Positions 29,820 through 43,755 of a stretch of DNA of 64,000 nt are shown one piece after another. Source of the stretch: the human T2T-CHM13v2.0 reference genome, Homo sapiens. Position 1 is the stretch's first letter. Every line of letters starts with the position of its first letter. Position numbers and translations under genes: made by a program. The notes under the pieces are model-generated. The model was given only the letters and a program-made list of their open reading frames with translations, did no database searches and was not told where the DNA came from. The DNA is taken from NCBI RefSeq assembly GCF_009914755.1, contig NC_060940.1. The stretch is one strand, 5' to 3'.

Positions 29820-30013
29820 GAGCTGAAGGTGGTGGATCATCGTCTGGAAATGTGTCTGGGGTTGCCCCTGCTGCCCCTGCAGGGGGCTCGCGCTCCTCCT
29901 CCCGGAACTTAGGGTCTTCTGGTGGCGAGAAGGAAGAAGGCAAAAAGGTCCGGCGGCAGTGGGAGTCGTGGAGCACAGAGGACAAGAACACCTTCTTCGA
30001 GGGGCTGTACGAG
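29820..30013 (+). CDS. CRAMP1: CRAMP1 exon 3 (194 nt), including the start of the SANT domain (RRQWESWSTEDKNTFFEGLYE)
   Basis: Acceptor CTTTCTCTCCAAG|, donor GAG|GTGAGT; frame continuous with exon 2. Confidence 0.95.
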
Positions 30014-30997
30014 GTGAGTAGGCTGTGGAGGCACGGCCAGGCAGCCTGGGCGTCCCTCTCGGATCCCTGCCCTCCGTTCCCCGTGCTTCCTCTTTGCTGT
30101 TAGATTCTAGAACGCAGATTCCTGGGCGACCCCCGCAGTGGCGGAGGCTGATGTGGGCTCTAGGCCTTGCCCACTGACCTTGGCTGTTTTATCTCCTCAT
30201 TGAGATTTTAGAAGCTAGTACTGGTGAGGTGTCTGTGAGGAGGTGTTTTTGTGTGTTTCCTTCATTTCCTTTTGGATATTCTCACCCCTTGTCTCTCAAA
30301 GATGTTCTTGACTGAAGGCCCTCTTGTTTCAGGGCTTTCCCTTTGTGCTGAGTGGGCTGATTTAGGCGGGATGGCCTCTTGAGGGGAGGCACAAGGCGGT
30401 GCTTGTCTCGGGGGTCAGTGTAGCTGAGAAACCTCACGAGATGTTGCTGCTGACTTGGGACAAAATGGAAAGTCCTAAAAATAGAGAGAAGCCACTCCCT
30501 GACCCCACCGCCCAGTGAATGCCCGTGCTCCCTGCTGGCCAGTTTCACCTGCATTATTGTTTTCTAAATCCTTGTAATTATTGTGAGCATACTTTTTAAT
30601 TAACATTGCTTGCATTTTTCACGGTGTTTCATAGCTCTTTTGCTCTGTATTTTTTTTTAACGCCTGTAAATATTCTCCTTGCCTGTGTGCTCACTGTGTG
30701 CTTTTGTAAAAACATCATATTGGAGCACAGCCATGGCCAGGGTCGATGTACTGTCTGCGGCTGATGCCACTGCAGTGGCATAGTTGAAGAGCTGCACCAG
30801 ACAGGGTGGCCCTTGAGGCCCTGGCCAGCCACTGCTCTGCTTGGCCATTCCTGTGTGGTCAAGGATGACTGAGATCCTTCCAGATTCTGTTGTCGTAAGT
30901 AACGCTGTGGTGAACATCGGTGTGCACGCTTCATACTTTAGACTGCTTCTTTGGCATACAGTATTAGAATTAGGTTCGTGATCGGTGAGCCTTGTTC

Positions 30998-31254
30998 TTT
31001 TTTTTTTTTTGGAGATGGAATCTCACTCTGTTGCCCAGGCTGGAGCGCAGTGGTGCAATCTGGGCTCACTGCAACCCCCGCCTCCTTGGTTCAAGCAATT
31101 CTCGTGCCTCAGCCTCCTGAGTAACTGAGACTATAGGCACACGCCGCCACACCCAGCTAATTTTTTGTATTTTAGTTGAGACGGAGTTTCACCGTGTTGC
31201 CTGGGCTGGTCTCGAACTCCTGAGCTCAGGCAATCTGCCCACTTTGGCCTCCCA
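30998..31254 (-). mobile_element. Alu SINE
   Basis: Reverse Alu; TSD gagccttgttctttt. Confidence 0.86.
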
Positions 31255-32099
31255 GGAGCCTTGTTCTTTTAATAGCTAATTAATTGGGGTGATGGAGAAG
31301 TCTTGTCAAGCCTGGGAAGCAGAATGCTCAAGAAAGAAATGGAGGCTCTGGAATGAGATGTTTAGAGAGGCATTAGAAAAGGAGACACTCGTAAATGTGG
31401 GCATGAGACTTGAGTACGGTGCATGCTGTGGCCAGGGTCGCTCCCGCCCTGGGCTGCAGGTTAGGTTCTGCCCACCCCAGGTGGACCGGACTGCCGTGGC
31501 AGTGTGGCTTGATTCTGATTGTCCAAAGAGAAGTGTGCATGAGTCCCATTGCAGTAGATATGAAGCCATTTAAACACATTCGTGTGTTCCTTTTCTTCCC
31601 TTGGAGGGTTCTAGAGTACAGCAAGGAGGCTGGTTTTGTGTAGATTCAAGCCCCAAATCGTGCCTTTAAGCTGTTTGTTGGTCTTGGAGGACCTGCGATT
31701 CCTGGAATGTTTTCAGAATCAGCAACCATTGCTGATTTTTGCCTGAAACAATTACTCCTGTGGTGTGGCCCTTCCTCCTTGGCAAGACTGTAGCCTCTGC
31801 AAGAGGGTCTGGGTGCCTGGGAGCAGGAGATGTGGTTGTCCATTAAAGGTAGCAGAGGAGGAGTTCCTTGTTAATGATCCACCCTTTACCCTTATTCAAG
31901 CAGTTCAGTTCGTGTCCTTCCCATTGGGTTAAGCTGCTCATTAGAGTTTTTCTATCGGGTAGATGCTTTTTGAGGATTCTGAAATCCTGAATTAGTAATA
32001 ATAATTAATAGTTGGCTGTTCTGATCATGTAATGCTTTCTGCTGTGGGTTCTCTGTATCTGAGTTTGTATATGAGAAAGAGCGAGGGCAAGAGAAAGGA

Positions 32100-32401
32100 C
32101 TTTTTGTTTGTTTGTTTTGAAACGGAGTTTCGCTCTTGTTGCTCAGGCTGGAGCGCAGTGGCACGATCTTGGCTAAATGCAGCCTCCACCTCCTGGGTTA
32201 AAGCGATTCTCCTGCTTCAGCCTCCTGAGTAGCTGGGATCACAGGTGCCCGCCACCACACCCGGCTAATTTTTGTATTTTTATTACAGACCGAGTTTCGC
32301 CACGTTGGTCAGGCTGGTCTTGAACTCCTGACCTCGGGTGATCCACCTGCCCCAGCCTCCTGAAGTGCTGGGATTACAGGCATGAGTCACCGCACCTGGC
32401 C
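32100..32401 (-). mobile_element. AluS-like SINE
   Basis: Reverse Alu dimer. Confidence 0.86.
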
Positions 32402-34004
32402 TAACACGTTTCATTTCTGCATTGTGTGTCTCATCAAAACTAGGTGGCCTTCTGGTGGGGTCTTGATGTGTGGCTGACTGGCCGGTGGCAGGTGTGACTG
32501 TGAACCCTCAAGCTGTGGGGTGACGGTGACTGGGCACAGGCCTCTGCTCTGAGAAGTGCGGCTTCTGCCATGTTGTCATGGCCACCGCTGCCTTTTTGAT
32601 GCCTCCCTGGGAGGGGTGCAGCAAGGCTGGCTGGGGCCTGATTGGATGCAGGGACCCCACCGCCATCACTGGGCCTCAGTTGGTCACTCCTGATCATGGG
32701 CTGAATTCTCTCCTGCTTCAGCTGCTCCTCAGGCGAGAGTGCTGCCCCTGCACACCCTACTTTGGGCAGTGCTGGGCATGCTCAGATTCGCGCCCGTCCA
32801 GTTATGGCCCGTCCAGACTTCTCCCTCTGGCAGGGCGGGCATTCACCTGTGGCAGGGCACTCGCCTCCTTCCTCTGAATACCCTTCCATTTCTGTGGCAG
32901 GTCTGCACAGACCCAGCCCTGACTTCATTTCAAGTTCCTGTTCCTGCTTATATCCGTCCATCATCCATGCTTGTTTTTGCCATACAGTTCTTGATTTCCT
33001 ACCTGACAGCCACACAGCCAGCGTCCTGTGCTTCCTTCTCCCTCTCTGCATAATGGCTGCGGCCTCAGCTCTGGCCTCTGTGCTTCGCAGTGTTCCCCTT
33101 CTCTGTCCCCACCTAGGCCCTCCCTGTCTCTGCACAGGCAGCCGGGGGCATCCTCAGCCTGTTACCATCTCCACAGCTCTGTGGACGCTGCAGGTTTCTA
33201 TCTCTTCACCCCAGACAGCTCTCTCAGACTTTCAGCCCTGCCCATCTTTTGTTCTCATTGCCGTTACCGTGTGTATATCTGGTTCTTGACTCAGGACAGA
33301 GCACTCTCGCCACACTGAGAATACAGAAAAGCTTCTGTCTGGTGGGGCTTGCTGCCTTGGAGACACACGGCAGGCGCGACACAGATGCCCTGGGACTTTA
33401 GGAGGCAGCAGAGGTTAAGAACACGTGAGCAGGAGGCCTGGAACTCAGGTTCTCAGGGAACCTCTTGAGTAGACGACCCCGCAGTGACATGCAGAGGCCG
33501 TCAAGTTGCTTCATCGTGGTTCTTGCCGAGGCCCAGGGAGCGTGGGGAGGGCTGGGCCTGCCTGGACCTTGCAGGAAGGCCTTTCACGTGCTGCTTCGCC
33601 TCTTTATGCTTTATCTGCCATTCCTTTTGAAAACAATGAACACGTTTTACTTTTTCTAAAGTTTTTAATTTTTCATTTCATTTTTGCACCCAGACTGGGG
33701 TGCCAGCCTTCCAGCCCCACCCGCCAGCCCACAGCAGCTTCTGTCTTCACCTCCCTCAGCCCCTGTGTTGCTGGGAGTTACAGATCCTAAAATGTGTCAG
33801 TGTGTCAAGCACAATGCCACCTCCCCTCTGGCCCCTCCAGGTCACCTCACGGTCCCCCAGCTGCCAAGAGTCTTCTGAGGTGGACAGGGTTGGGGGCCAG
33901 CACCCCAGCAGTCCCCAGGTTCTCATTTCCCTGAGGATCTTGCTCCCCAGTTACTACCCCTTACCCCCCATCAGCATGTTTTTTATTTTTTTGATTTAAA
34001 AAAC

Positions 34005-34297
34005 ATCTTTTTTTGAGAGTCAGTCTTGCTTTGTCACCTAGGCTGGAGTGCAGGGCTGCCATCTTAGTTCACTACAACCTTGACCTCCTGGGCTCAAGTG
34101 ACGATCCTCCTGCCTCAGCCTCCCACGTAGCTAGGACTACAGGCATGTGCCACCATGCCTGGCTAATTTTTAAGTTTTTTGTGGAGATGGGGTTTCACTA
34201 TGTTGCTCAAACTGGTCTCAAACTCCTGGGCTCAAGCAATTCTCTCACCTCAGCCTCCTAAAGTGCTGGGATTACAGGCACGAGCCACCACCTGGCT
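34005..34297 (-). mobile_element. AluJ-like SINE
   Basis: Reverse Alu with J diagnostics. Confidence 0.82.
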
Positions 34298-36059
34298 CCC
34301 TTAACTTTTTGTTTTGAAATGTTTCAGACTTTTTAAAAGTTGCAAAAACAGCACAAAGCAGGTCCCCTCCACCCTGCCTCCACAGCATTAGGGCAGCCGC
34401 ACTGTGAGGGTATGAGCACAGACATGGCCCTGCCTGCTCATTTGCAGGCGGTATTCAGATTAACAAGGGTCCCACTCAGGTCCATCCTGGCCAGGACGCT
34501 GCGCCGCACTCGGCTGCCCAAACTCCTCAGTCTCTTGTAACCTGGGACAGCTCCTGGGTTTTTGTTTTTTGTTTGCATGTTTTTTTGTCGTTGATGACCT
34601 CAACACTTGTGGAGACTCACAGCATGTTGGTTTGTAGAATGTCCCTTGTGTCAGTTTGGGTTGATCTGCAGTTTCCTCATGATTCTATGTTACGCATTTC
34701 TGTCAAGAATTCCACAGCAGTGATACCGTGTCCTTCTTGGCGCATCCAGTTGGCGGCCCGTGGTGTTCTTTCTGTCTCCGTCCTGGTGGTGTTTGCCTTG
34801 GTCGCTGCCCTCAGGCAGCGTCTGCCAGGTCTCACCGTGGCTGGGTCATGGCTTGGCTTTGAGGCTGTGTAAATACCGTGTTTCTCATCATTCTTTGCTC
34901 CCACTGATTTCAGCAGCCATCGCTGCCTTTTCCCTGAAGCAGTTGTTACTGTGCTGTTTGCTCCCAGTGAGGACCTTCTGTTTCCTTTATTCTTTCTGTG
35001 TTTGCTGATTGGAAGTCCTGTGCCAAGAAGAGCCCTGCGTTCTCCCCCACACGTGCAGTTATTCTGTTACCTACACCCATGTAGACTCACAGATGTTGGC
35101 TTTATTCTGGGGGTCATGGTCCACCATGCCATTGTCGGCTTTCTCGCCCCGTTGGTTCCCCATTTGGCCACTGGGGAGCCTCATGCTGGCTCCTGCATCC
35201 TCTTCTCACGTCCCCATCGCCTGCCAGTGTATTCTCGTGTGCTGGTGCCGTCAGGCATTCCAGACTCAGTGGCTGCTTGCTGCTCTGCAGTTGGCTGTTT
35301 TTCCTGGGAGCCCAGCTTCCCTTTGCAAAGTGGTATTTAGAAACCAAGACCTGGGCGCTAAGGATGCTGGTTACTGCTGAGCCCTTCCAGTACTTAGGAG
35401 CTTGGCTTTGATGAGATGATCGAACACTAGGTTCTCTATGGCAGTGCCTGAAGCAGCACTGAGGTGAGGCTGTTCTGTGGAACACAAGTTCTCTTCTGAA
35501 AATCTAAGTCACACTCAGCTTTTGCAAAGAAGCGTTCCAAGAAGGGTTGGCCTCCACGTATAATCAGAGTATAGTCTGTGCGGTTCACTTACTAAATGCT
35601 CACGTTTGCTGTCCTCGTTTGAATATGGAATATATTTTGTCAGATTAAAGCAGTGAGGATGTTTCTGATCTGTTCTTTAAGATGCCATAACTGCTTCTCT
35701 TCCAGAGCTTTTCTTCATGGAGGTGTCTCATTTCATTATCTGTGAAGAACTCTAGCAATTAAGGCATTTGTCCAAGTGATGAGCTTTATGTTTCTCCTGT
35801 CTGGGGTGCTTGCCTCTTTGGTATCCATGTGCTCTGATGGTTCTGTTCCTGGTTCCATTGCTCCTTTATCCTGATTAAAACCTAAGGTTCCAGGGAGTCG
35901 AAGTTCAAGTTCATACACAGATAAGAGCTTGGAAGGGCTGCTTGTTTGACTACAGCCTGTCTCCTTTCTCCTTTCTCGGAACCTTGGAAAGGGTCCAGTT
36001 AACACAGAAAGCTGCATTGTTTTAACCCCTCTACATTTATCATGGAATTTATTTTCCAG

Positions 36060-36213
36060 CATGGGAAAGACTTTGAAGCGATTCAGAACAACATTGCGCT
36101 GAAGTACAAGAAGAAAGGCAAGCCAGCAAGCATGGTGAAGAACAAGGAGCAGGTCCGCCACTTCTACTACCGCACCTGGCACAAGATCACCAAGTACATC
36201 GACTTTGATCATG
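36060..36213 (+). CDS. CRAMP1: CRAMP1 exon 4 (154 nt), rest of the SANT domain (HGKDFEAIQNNIALKY...RHFYYRTWHKITKYIDFDH)
   Basis: Acceptor TTTTCCAG|CAT, donor ATG|GTGAGT; SANT/Myb-like aromatic pattern. Confidence 0.96.
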
Positions 36214-37636
36214 GTGAGTGTGCCACGGGCCAGGCTCGGGGGTGCCCACAGGCAGGGCCGGCTTCTGCTCAGAGCGCAGCTTCCAGCAAGCCCGCCGGAC
36301 CTGCTTTCTGGCATTTTCTCACCAGCCGCTTGGCCTGGGGCTCCTCGCCTTGCAGCGCTTTGGCTGATTGTGTGCTGTCTAACTCGGTCAAACCAAGTTG
36401 CCAGGAAGTGGCCCGTATCCCATGCTCCAGGGTTCTTACCACTGCTTTTCTGAGCTATGGTTTGTGTGTTTCCAGTGGCTCTGAGTGTGCGTGAGTTCTG
36501 GGTCCCTGGCTCACCTGAAGCCTGTGGTCTCCACTGCAAATGATAGCACCATGGTCCAGCGAGGGGCTTGGGCCGCAGGCACCGTGCCTGGCGCTGGTCT
36601 TCCTGGGGGACGGCCAGCCTTCCCAGGCCTCTCGCCCTCTACACTGGGACCCAGGTCTGCGTCGGCCCTCGTTCAGTCACGGGACCAAGTCATCCCCAGG
36701 TAGAATTCTGGCTTCTGGCTCAGAGCACCCTTTGGCTACTGGTGGCTTCTCCGGATGATGCTTTGTCCATCACCATCTCTGTCCTTGGGAGTCTTAGCTG
36801 CCTCCTGCCTCCACCTATGAGAACTACCTCTCCAGCAGCGCACCTGTGCTGGGCCCTGCTCTTCATTCCTGTAGCTTCACACACAGCTTGGTCCTTCCAG
36901 ATGTACCCCCAGAGCACCCCTCTGCCTTCTGAGCCTTCTTTCAGATGTCTCACATTCTGACCCAGGGTACCTGGACTGTGGCCACACTGCCACTCTTTGT
37001 GCCCTTGCCTGTGCCTCGTGGTGACCTAAAGTCCTTCGCCTTGGCCATTCCTGTGGTGTCCTCTGGGTGGGTTATGGCATCTTGACCATGGTGCATCAGC
37101 TTTGCCCGGAGCTTTGGGAAGAGCCAGGACCCAGCTCCCCTGTGTGACTGGGCAGAGCCCTGAGGGCCGCAGACACCCCCTGCCCACCACGCAGCTAGCT
37201 TCTCCACTGAAGAACCTCCACTGGGAGATTGTCACCGTTTCTGGAGATCCATGGAAACGGCTGTTGGTCTCTGCACATTAGGGGTACCCCTTGATTCGGG
37301 TCTGCCGCCGATGCGGTTTTGTTTGTTTGCTTTTGGTATCCACGTGACCATTCATGTAAGATTTTCTGCTGACTTCACCTATTTATAGCACATCAGTTCC
37401 GTTTTGTCCTATATTTGATGCCTGTGCTGGTCTTCTCATGTTCAGCTCACTTGTTTATTTGAAATCTCAGCACTGGTCAGATCCCGTCATCCAAGGCTGT
37501 TGTGGTTAATGTCAGGTTGTGGTGAGTGGCCTTGTGCCTTCCAGAGTGGCACGCAGCACCGACTTTTCATTGTCGGCCTCTTCCTGTGTCGTCTGTCCTT
37601 TGCATCGTTCATTAGTGCCTTTTTGAAAGACAGTCC

Positions 37637-37890
37637 AGGCTGCGCGCGGTGGCTCATGCCTGTAATCAGCACTTTGGGAGGCAGAGGCGGGCGGATCACG
37701 AGGTCAAGAGATCAAGACCATCCTGGCCAACATGGTGAAACCGCATCTCTACTAAAAATACAAAAATTAGCTGGGCATGGTGGTGCACACCTGTACTCCC
37801 AGCTACTCGGGAGGCTGAGGCAGGAGAATTGCACCACTGCACTCCAGCTTGGCCACAGAGCAAGACTCCGTCTCAAAAAAAAAAAAAGAA
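37637..37890 (+). mobile_element. AluSc-like SINE with internal deletion
   Basis: Alu dimer lacking part of the right arm; TSD gaaagacagtcca/gaaagtcagtcca. Confidence 0.84.
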
Positions 37891-38663
37891 AGAAAGTCAG
37901 TCCATGAGAGCAGATCTGCCATCCACTGTGGCTGGTCTTGAAAAGCTCTCTATGGGGGAAGCTGGCCAGCAGCGGAGGGGACTGGGCAGCTGTTTAGTAG
38001 ATGAGGTATAGAGAGAGGGATGGGATTCCAGGAGCTTCGGTCTAGTGTGCTTTGCTTGAACCATCTGCGGGCAGGGTGGGAAGCGTCTTTGGACCCTCAG
38101 GCTCCTGGCGTAGACTTATCTCCTCTTCTGAGGTTCAAATGCACATTCTACTTGCCAACCCAGGCTCTCTCCCATGTCAATTTCAGAAGGCAGTCAAAGC
38201 AAACATTTCTTTTCTAATTGTGTCACCTTTCCCTGTTAAACAACCTCCTAATCCTAAACTTGCTGGTGCGAGGAGGCCTCATTCCTCTTTGGCCCTTCTG
38301 TCCATCTAGGGTGAAGGGTAAATGCTCCCTCACACCTCTCGGTGGGGGGTCACACCCAACACAGGTCCTTTTCCCTTCTCCGTGTGGGCCCCTGTGCTTC
38401 CCTCTCTTCCTGACCTGGCACAGCAGGCTCCTACAGCCTTGGTGTCTCCTGTTCGTGCATCTTTGGTGTGACCCCACATGATGTGCCTTCTTCCTGTTGA
38501 GCTCACCGTTCTCCCGTGTTCTCCCGGGTTCTCTGATGGCCCTGACTGTCTCTTCAGCAGGGCTGTCTGCCTCCGTGCCAGCGGGCAGCGGCATTGGGGC
38601 ACCCGATGCTGACTTGCCCAACAGGAGCATGAGGCTGGAGGCCACTAGGACACTGCGAAGTGA

Positions 38664-39045
<382 letters not shown>

Positions 39046-39504
39046 TGTGCTTTGGAGTTTTGAAGAGCACACCGTGTGCACTTTATCATGGGTTTGTCTG
39101 ACTCATCTTGTGGCGTGAGACACAGAGTGGTGGCAAGCGAGCGTGGAAGGGACTGACTCCGCCCCCAGCTTGGGGGCCTTGCGTGTGTGTTCGTCTTACT
39201 AATCTCCCGTGGTTTCCATGCACATCTGCGTTTCCTTGCTGCTGTCCATTGCTCAGTGGAGATTTTGCTTCACGAACTCAAAGTTGGATGAGGTGAGCTT
39301 GGTTCCTGTCCCTGAGTGTGTAATAAAACATGAGGTGCCACCTAGGAGGCCGTGGGGCCAGGCGGGGCATCAGGGACACCTCCCGGAAGCCCTGCTTCGT
39401 CCCAGGGTCCCACCTCCCCTGGGGTCCCTTGTCTGCAGTGTCTTGCTCTTGGTGCTACTTTCTTGTTTCTGGGTTGTGGGTTTTTTTCTTTTTGCCATTT
39501 CAAA

Positions 39505-40285
<781 letters not shown>

Positions 40286-40825
40286 TCAGAAGAGCCTTTG
40301 AGAGCAGTTGGCCTGTGCTTAGCCGTGTCCGAGACCCATGGTCCAGAATCCTCCTCATATCTTGAAAGCCTGCTTCTCCATTTACCAGTCTTAGGGCCTT
40401 GAGAACAGGTCTCTGAGGAGAGAACTAGAGAGGACAATTGTGAGAGTAGAGGGGACAAATGGCCTTCACCCCTGCTCTGTGAAGTGACCCAAAGGGGCCT
40501 GGACTGTGTTGTCACTTGGTTTCCCTAGCAGGATTAGGTCTGGTGTAATACAGTAACAAAATGCAAAATAGCAGTGGCCCAAGCGCCTCAGAATTCACTG
40601 TCTCGTGGCAGAGACGCCTAGAGGCTGGCGCCCAGGGCAGGCAGGACCCAGGTGCCTCCCATTCTTGTGCTTGGCTGTCCTTGGTGACAGCTCCAGGCAG
40701 TGGCTCTTGAGGAAAGAGGGGTGGGAAAAGGGGAACCCTCCTGCCCAAATCAGGCTCTTTAAGGAGGCTTCTGGAAGTCTCCACTACTTCCAGTGGTGTA
40801 GCCATGACCAGCTGTCCATGTCTCA

Positions 40826-41173
<348 letters not shown>

Positions 41174-41671
41174 TTACTGAGGAAGGAGAATGGGCCTCAG
41201 GCAGGGGTGAGCACCTGTCCTTGGCTCCTCCTCCCGCCTGGGCCCGGGCTATGCAGATCCACTGTCCTGGGAGGGCACAGGTGAGGCAGGAAGGCAGCAT
41301 CCAGGTTTCAGGGCTGCTGGCCTCACCTGTGTGCAGAGATGGATGACAGGTTTAGTGCTGGCCACATCTGCCACCTTCACGAGTACCAGCTGTTCTGAGT
41401 GTTGTGTTTTCTCCTCCAGGGGACATTTCCTCTGCCTATTGGGGTAAATTTCTAACGCCCCACTTTGGTTTAACTTTTTATTTTGAAAATCGCAGACACA
41501 GCACCGTGTTCTATACACTCTGCCCAGTGTCCCCTGTGGTTGACAGCTTGCATGACAAAGGTACAGGGAGGAGATCCAAGAAACCACGTGAGCCTGGTGT
41601 GGCTCTCACACCCAAGCCAGGCAGCGCCTCCTGTTCCCCTCTCTAAAGCCGCCTTCTCTTCTGTTTCTCAG

Positions 41672-41755
41672 TGTTCTCTCGAGGCCTGAAGAAGTCATCC
41701 CAGGAACTGTATGGCCTGATCTGCTATGGCGAGCTGCGCAAGAAGATTGGGGGCT
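41672..41755 (+). CDS. CRAMP1: CRAMP1 exon 5 (84 nt; VFSRGLKKSSQELYGLICYGELRKKIGG)
   Basis: Acceptor CTGTTTCTCAG|, donor GGCT|GTGAGT; phase 1-1. Confidence 0.92.
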
Positions 41756-43053
41756 GTGAGTACGCTGACTGTGGGGTTGCCCACGGCTCCTCCTGTCCTT
41801 TGTCACCTTTGGGCTTTAGTGCTCAGAGTTGTTTCTAGTTTCCCTCTAACTTTTATCTTGAAAAAATTTTACTAGAAGAGGTGAAGAATATGATGGCGGC
41901 CGTGCTCTTTAGCTTAGATGGACCTGTTGCTGACGTTGGCTACATTTGCTCTCTTTCTCCATGCACATGCACACATGCTCGCGTGCACACATGTGTTCAC
42001 ACACTCTGCATTCCACTCGACTGTAAGATGTCACGCCACAGCCCAGAATACCTCCACCGGCATCACCTCAGAGAACATTTCTCCTATATAGCCTTGATAC
42101 CATGGTCGCACCTAGACTTTTAGCATTTACCAAACAGGTGTAGTGATCTTACCTAATTTCCTGCCCATATTCAGATTTTCTAAAACATCCCAAAATATCA
42201 GTCAGGGCTTCTGTCAAGGGCCGTTGCCCTGCATGTGACTGTGGAGTCTCCCTTGGGTGTCTTTGACTTAGAGCGGCCGCACTGCCTGGGCTTCTGAGAC
42301 ATTGCAACGCGCTCAGGCCTTCCTCACGCAGGCCCTTGCTTGGATTTGTTCCGATCGTCTCCTCGGGACCAGATTCCCTTGAGACATTTTTGACACGACC
42401 TCTAGGTAGGGACATTGTAGACTTACCAGGCGCTTGTGCCCAGCGCCCCTCAGCCCTGCTTCTTCTGCCTGACTTCATAAGAAGAGAGCATGCCTGGGCT
42501 GTCCAGTGGGCACTGTAGGGGATCCCCCCCTCTTCAGTGGGATACTGCACGACCACGCCAGCTAGCATGTCACAGCTCAGGGCGGGTGGTGGGGCTGAGA
42601 GGACAGATACGGAGCAGTCGCCCTGTCTGTGCCAGGCCTGCACCACACTCTGTCCCCTTGCTGCCCCTCCATGCCTTGCTGTGTCCTGCGGGGTGGCTGC
42701 TGCAATCTAGTGTGGCATTTGTGTGTGGGAGGCCCTGCCCTCCTGCACTTCCCCACTGGGTCTGTCCCCTGTGGGCCCAGCCACTCCTCTTACCTCCTCC
42801 AGCCTGCCTCTCCAGCCCGCACTCATGTCCGTGGGCCTCGTGTCCCAGCTCTTCATGCCTGTTCCTGCCGCCTCTCATCTGCCCTCTCTCAGCCTTGGGA
42901 AGCATCCCAGGCCCCAAGGAGTTTACGCCACAGCTCTCCCAGCTCTCATCTTCCCCAGATAAAGGAAAACCCCATCTTGACCATGTGTTCCCACTCCTTG
43001 TTGCCTGGTCCTTTTGCACCACTGCTTGTTCTGGTTTCCTCCCTAGAAGCTTC

Positions 43054-43755
43054 TGAGAGGTGGAGGGTGTCCAGGTTCTTGGCATTTCGAACAAAGAATT
43101 GTACAAAATGCACAAACAAAGCAAGGGAAGAATGAAGCAACAAAAGCAGAGATTTATTGAAAACCAAAGTACACTCCACAGGGTGGGAGTGGGCCCGGAC
43201 GTAGGGGCTCAAGAGCCCTTTTACAGAAGTTTCCCCCTCTAGAGGGGGAAACCTCTAGAGGTTTCCCATTGGCTGCTTGGTGTACACCCTATGTAAATGA
43301 AGTAGTGGCCAGCAATCAGAGACTGAAGTGAGGTTACAAAGGTTACACTCTATGCAAGCATCTGATTGGTTGTGGAAAACAACCAATCAGAAGCTAAACT
43401 GGTTACAAAGTTACACTTCTTTGCAAAGGAAGACTTGGCCCCAGTCTTGGGGAAGACTTTTTAGACTTTTTCAAACCTAGCAGAAGCAACCAGTCAGGCT
43501 GAAGTGAAGTTCCAAAGTTGTACTCCTATGTAAATGTCCGATTGCTTTCTGCTTTCTGCAACCAATCAGAGATACTTTCAATTTCCCATCTGCCATGAAG
43601 AAAGAAGGGGAGGGGGCGTTGCAAAGGGAATAGCGTGTCTGGTCCGTTTGTTACTTAGGTGTGGAAAGTTGGGGTTTTCCTTTTGATTTAGTTCTAGGAA
43701 GTCAGCGTGAATTGGCCTTAGGTTCCCTACCTCTAGACCCTATTCTCCTGCCTCA
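43054..43755 (-). mobile_element. MER51-like ERV1 solo LTR with several CCAAT boxes
   Basis: Minus-strand start TGAGGCAGGAGAATAGGGTCTAGAGGTAGGGAACCTAAGGCC; repeated accaatcag/ctgattgg; AATAAA on minus near 43153. Confidence 0.75.

Noticed and set aside
35736-36539. 267-aa minus-strand ORF
   Set aside because: Antisense shadow of CRAMP1 exon 4 with no domain features
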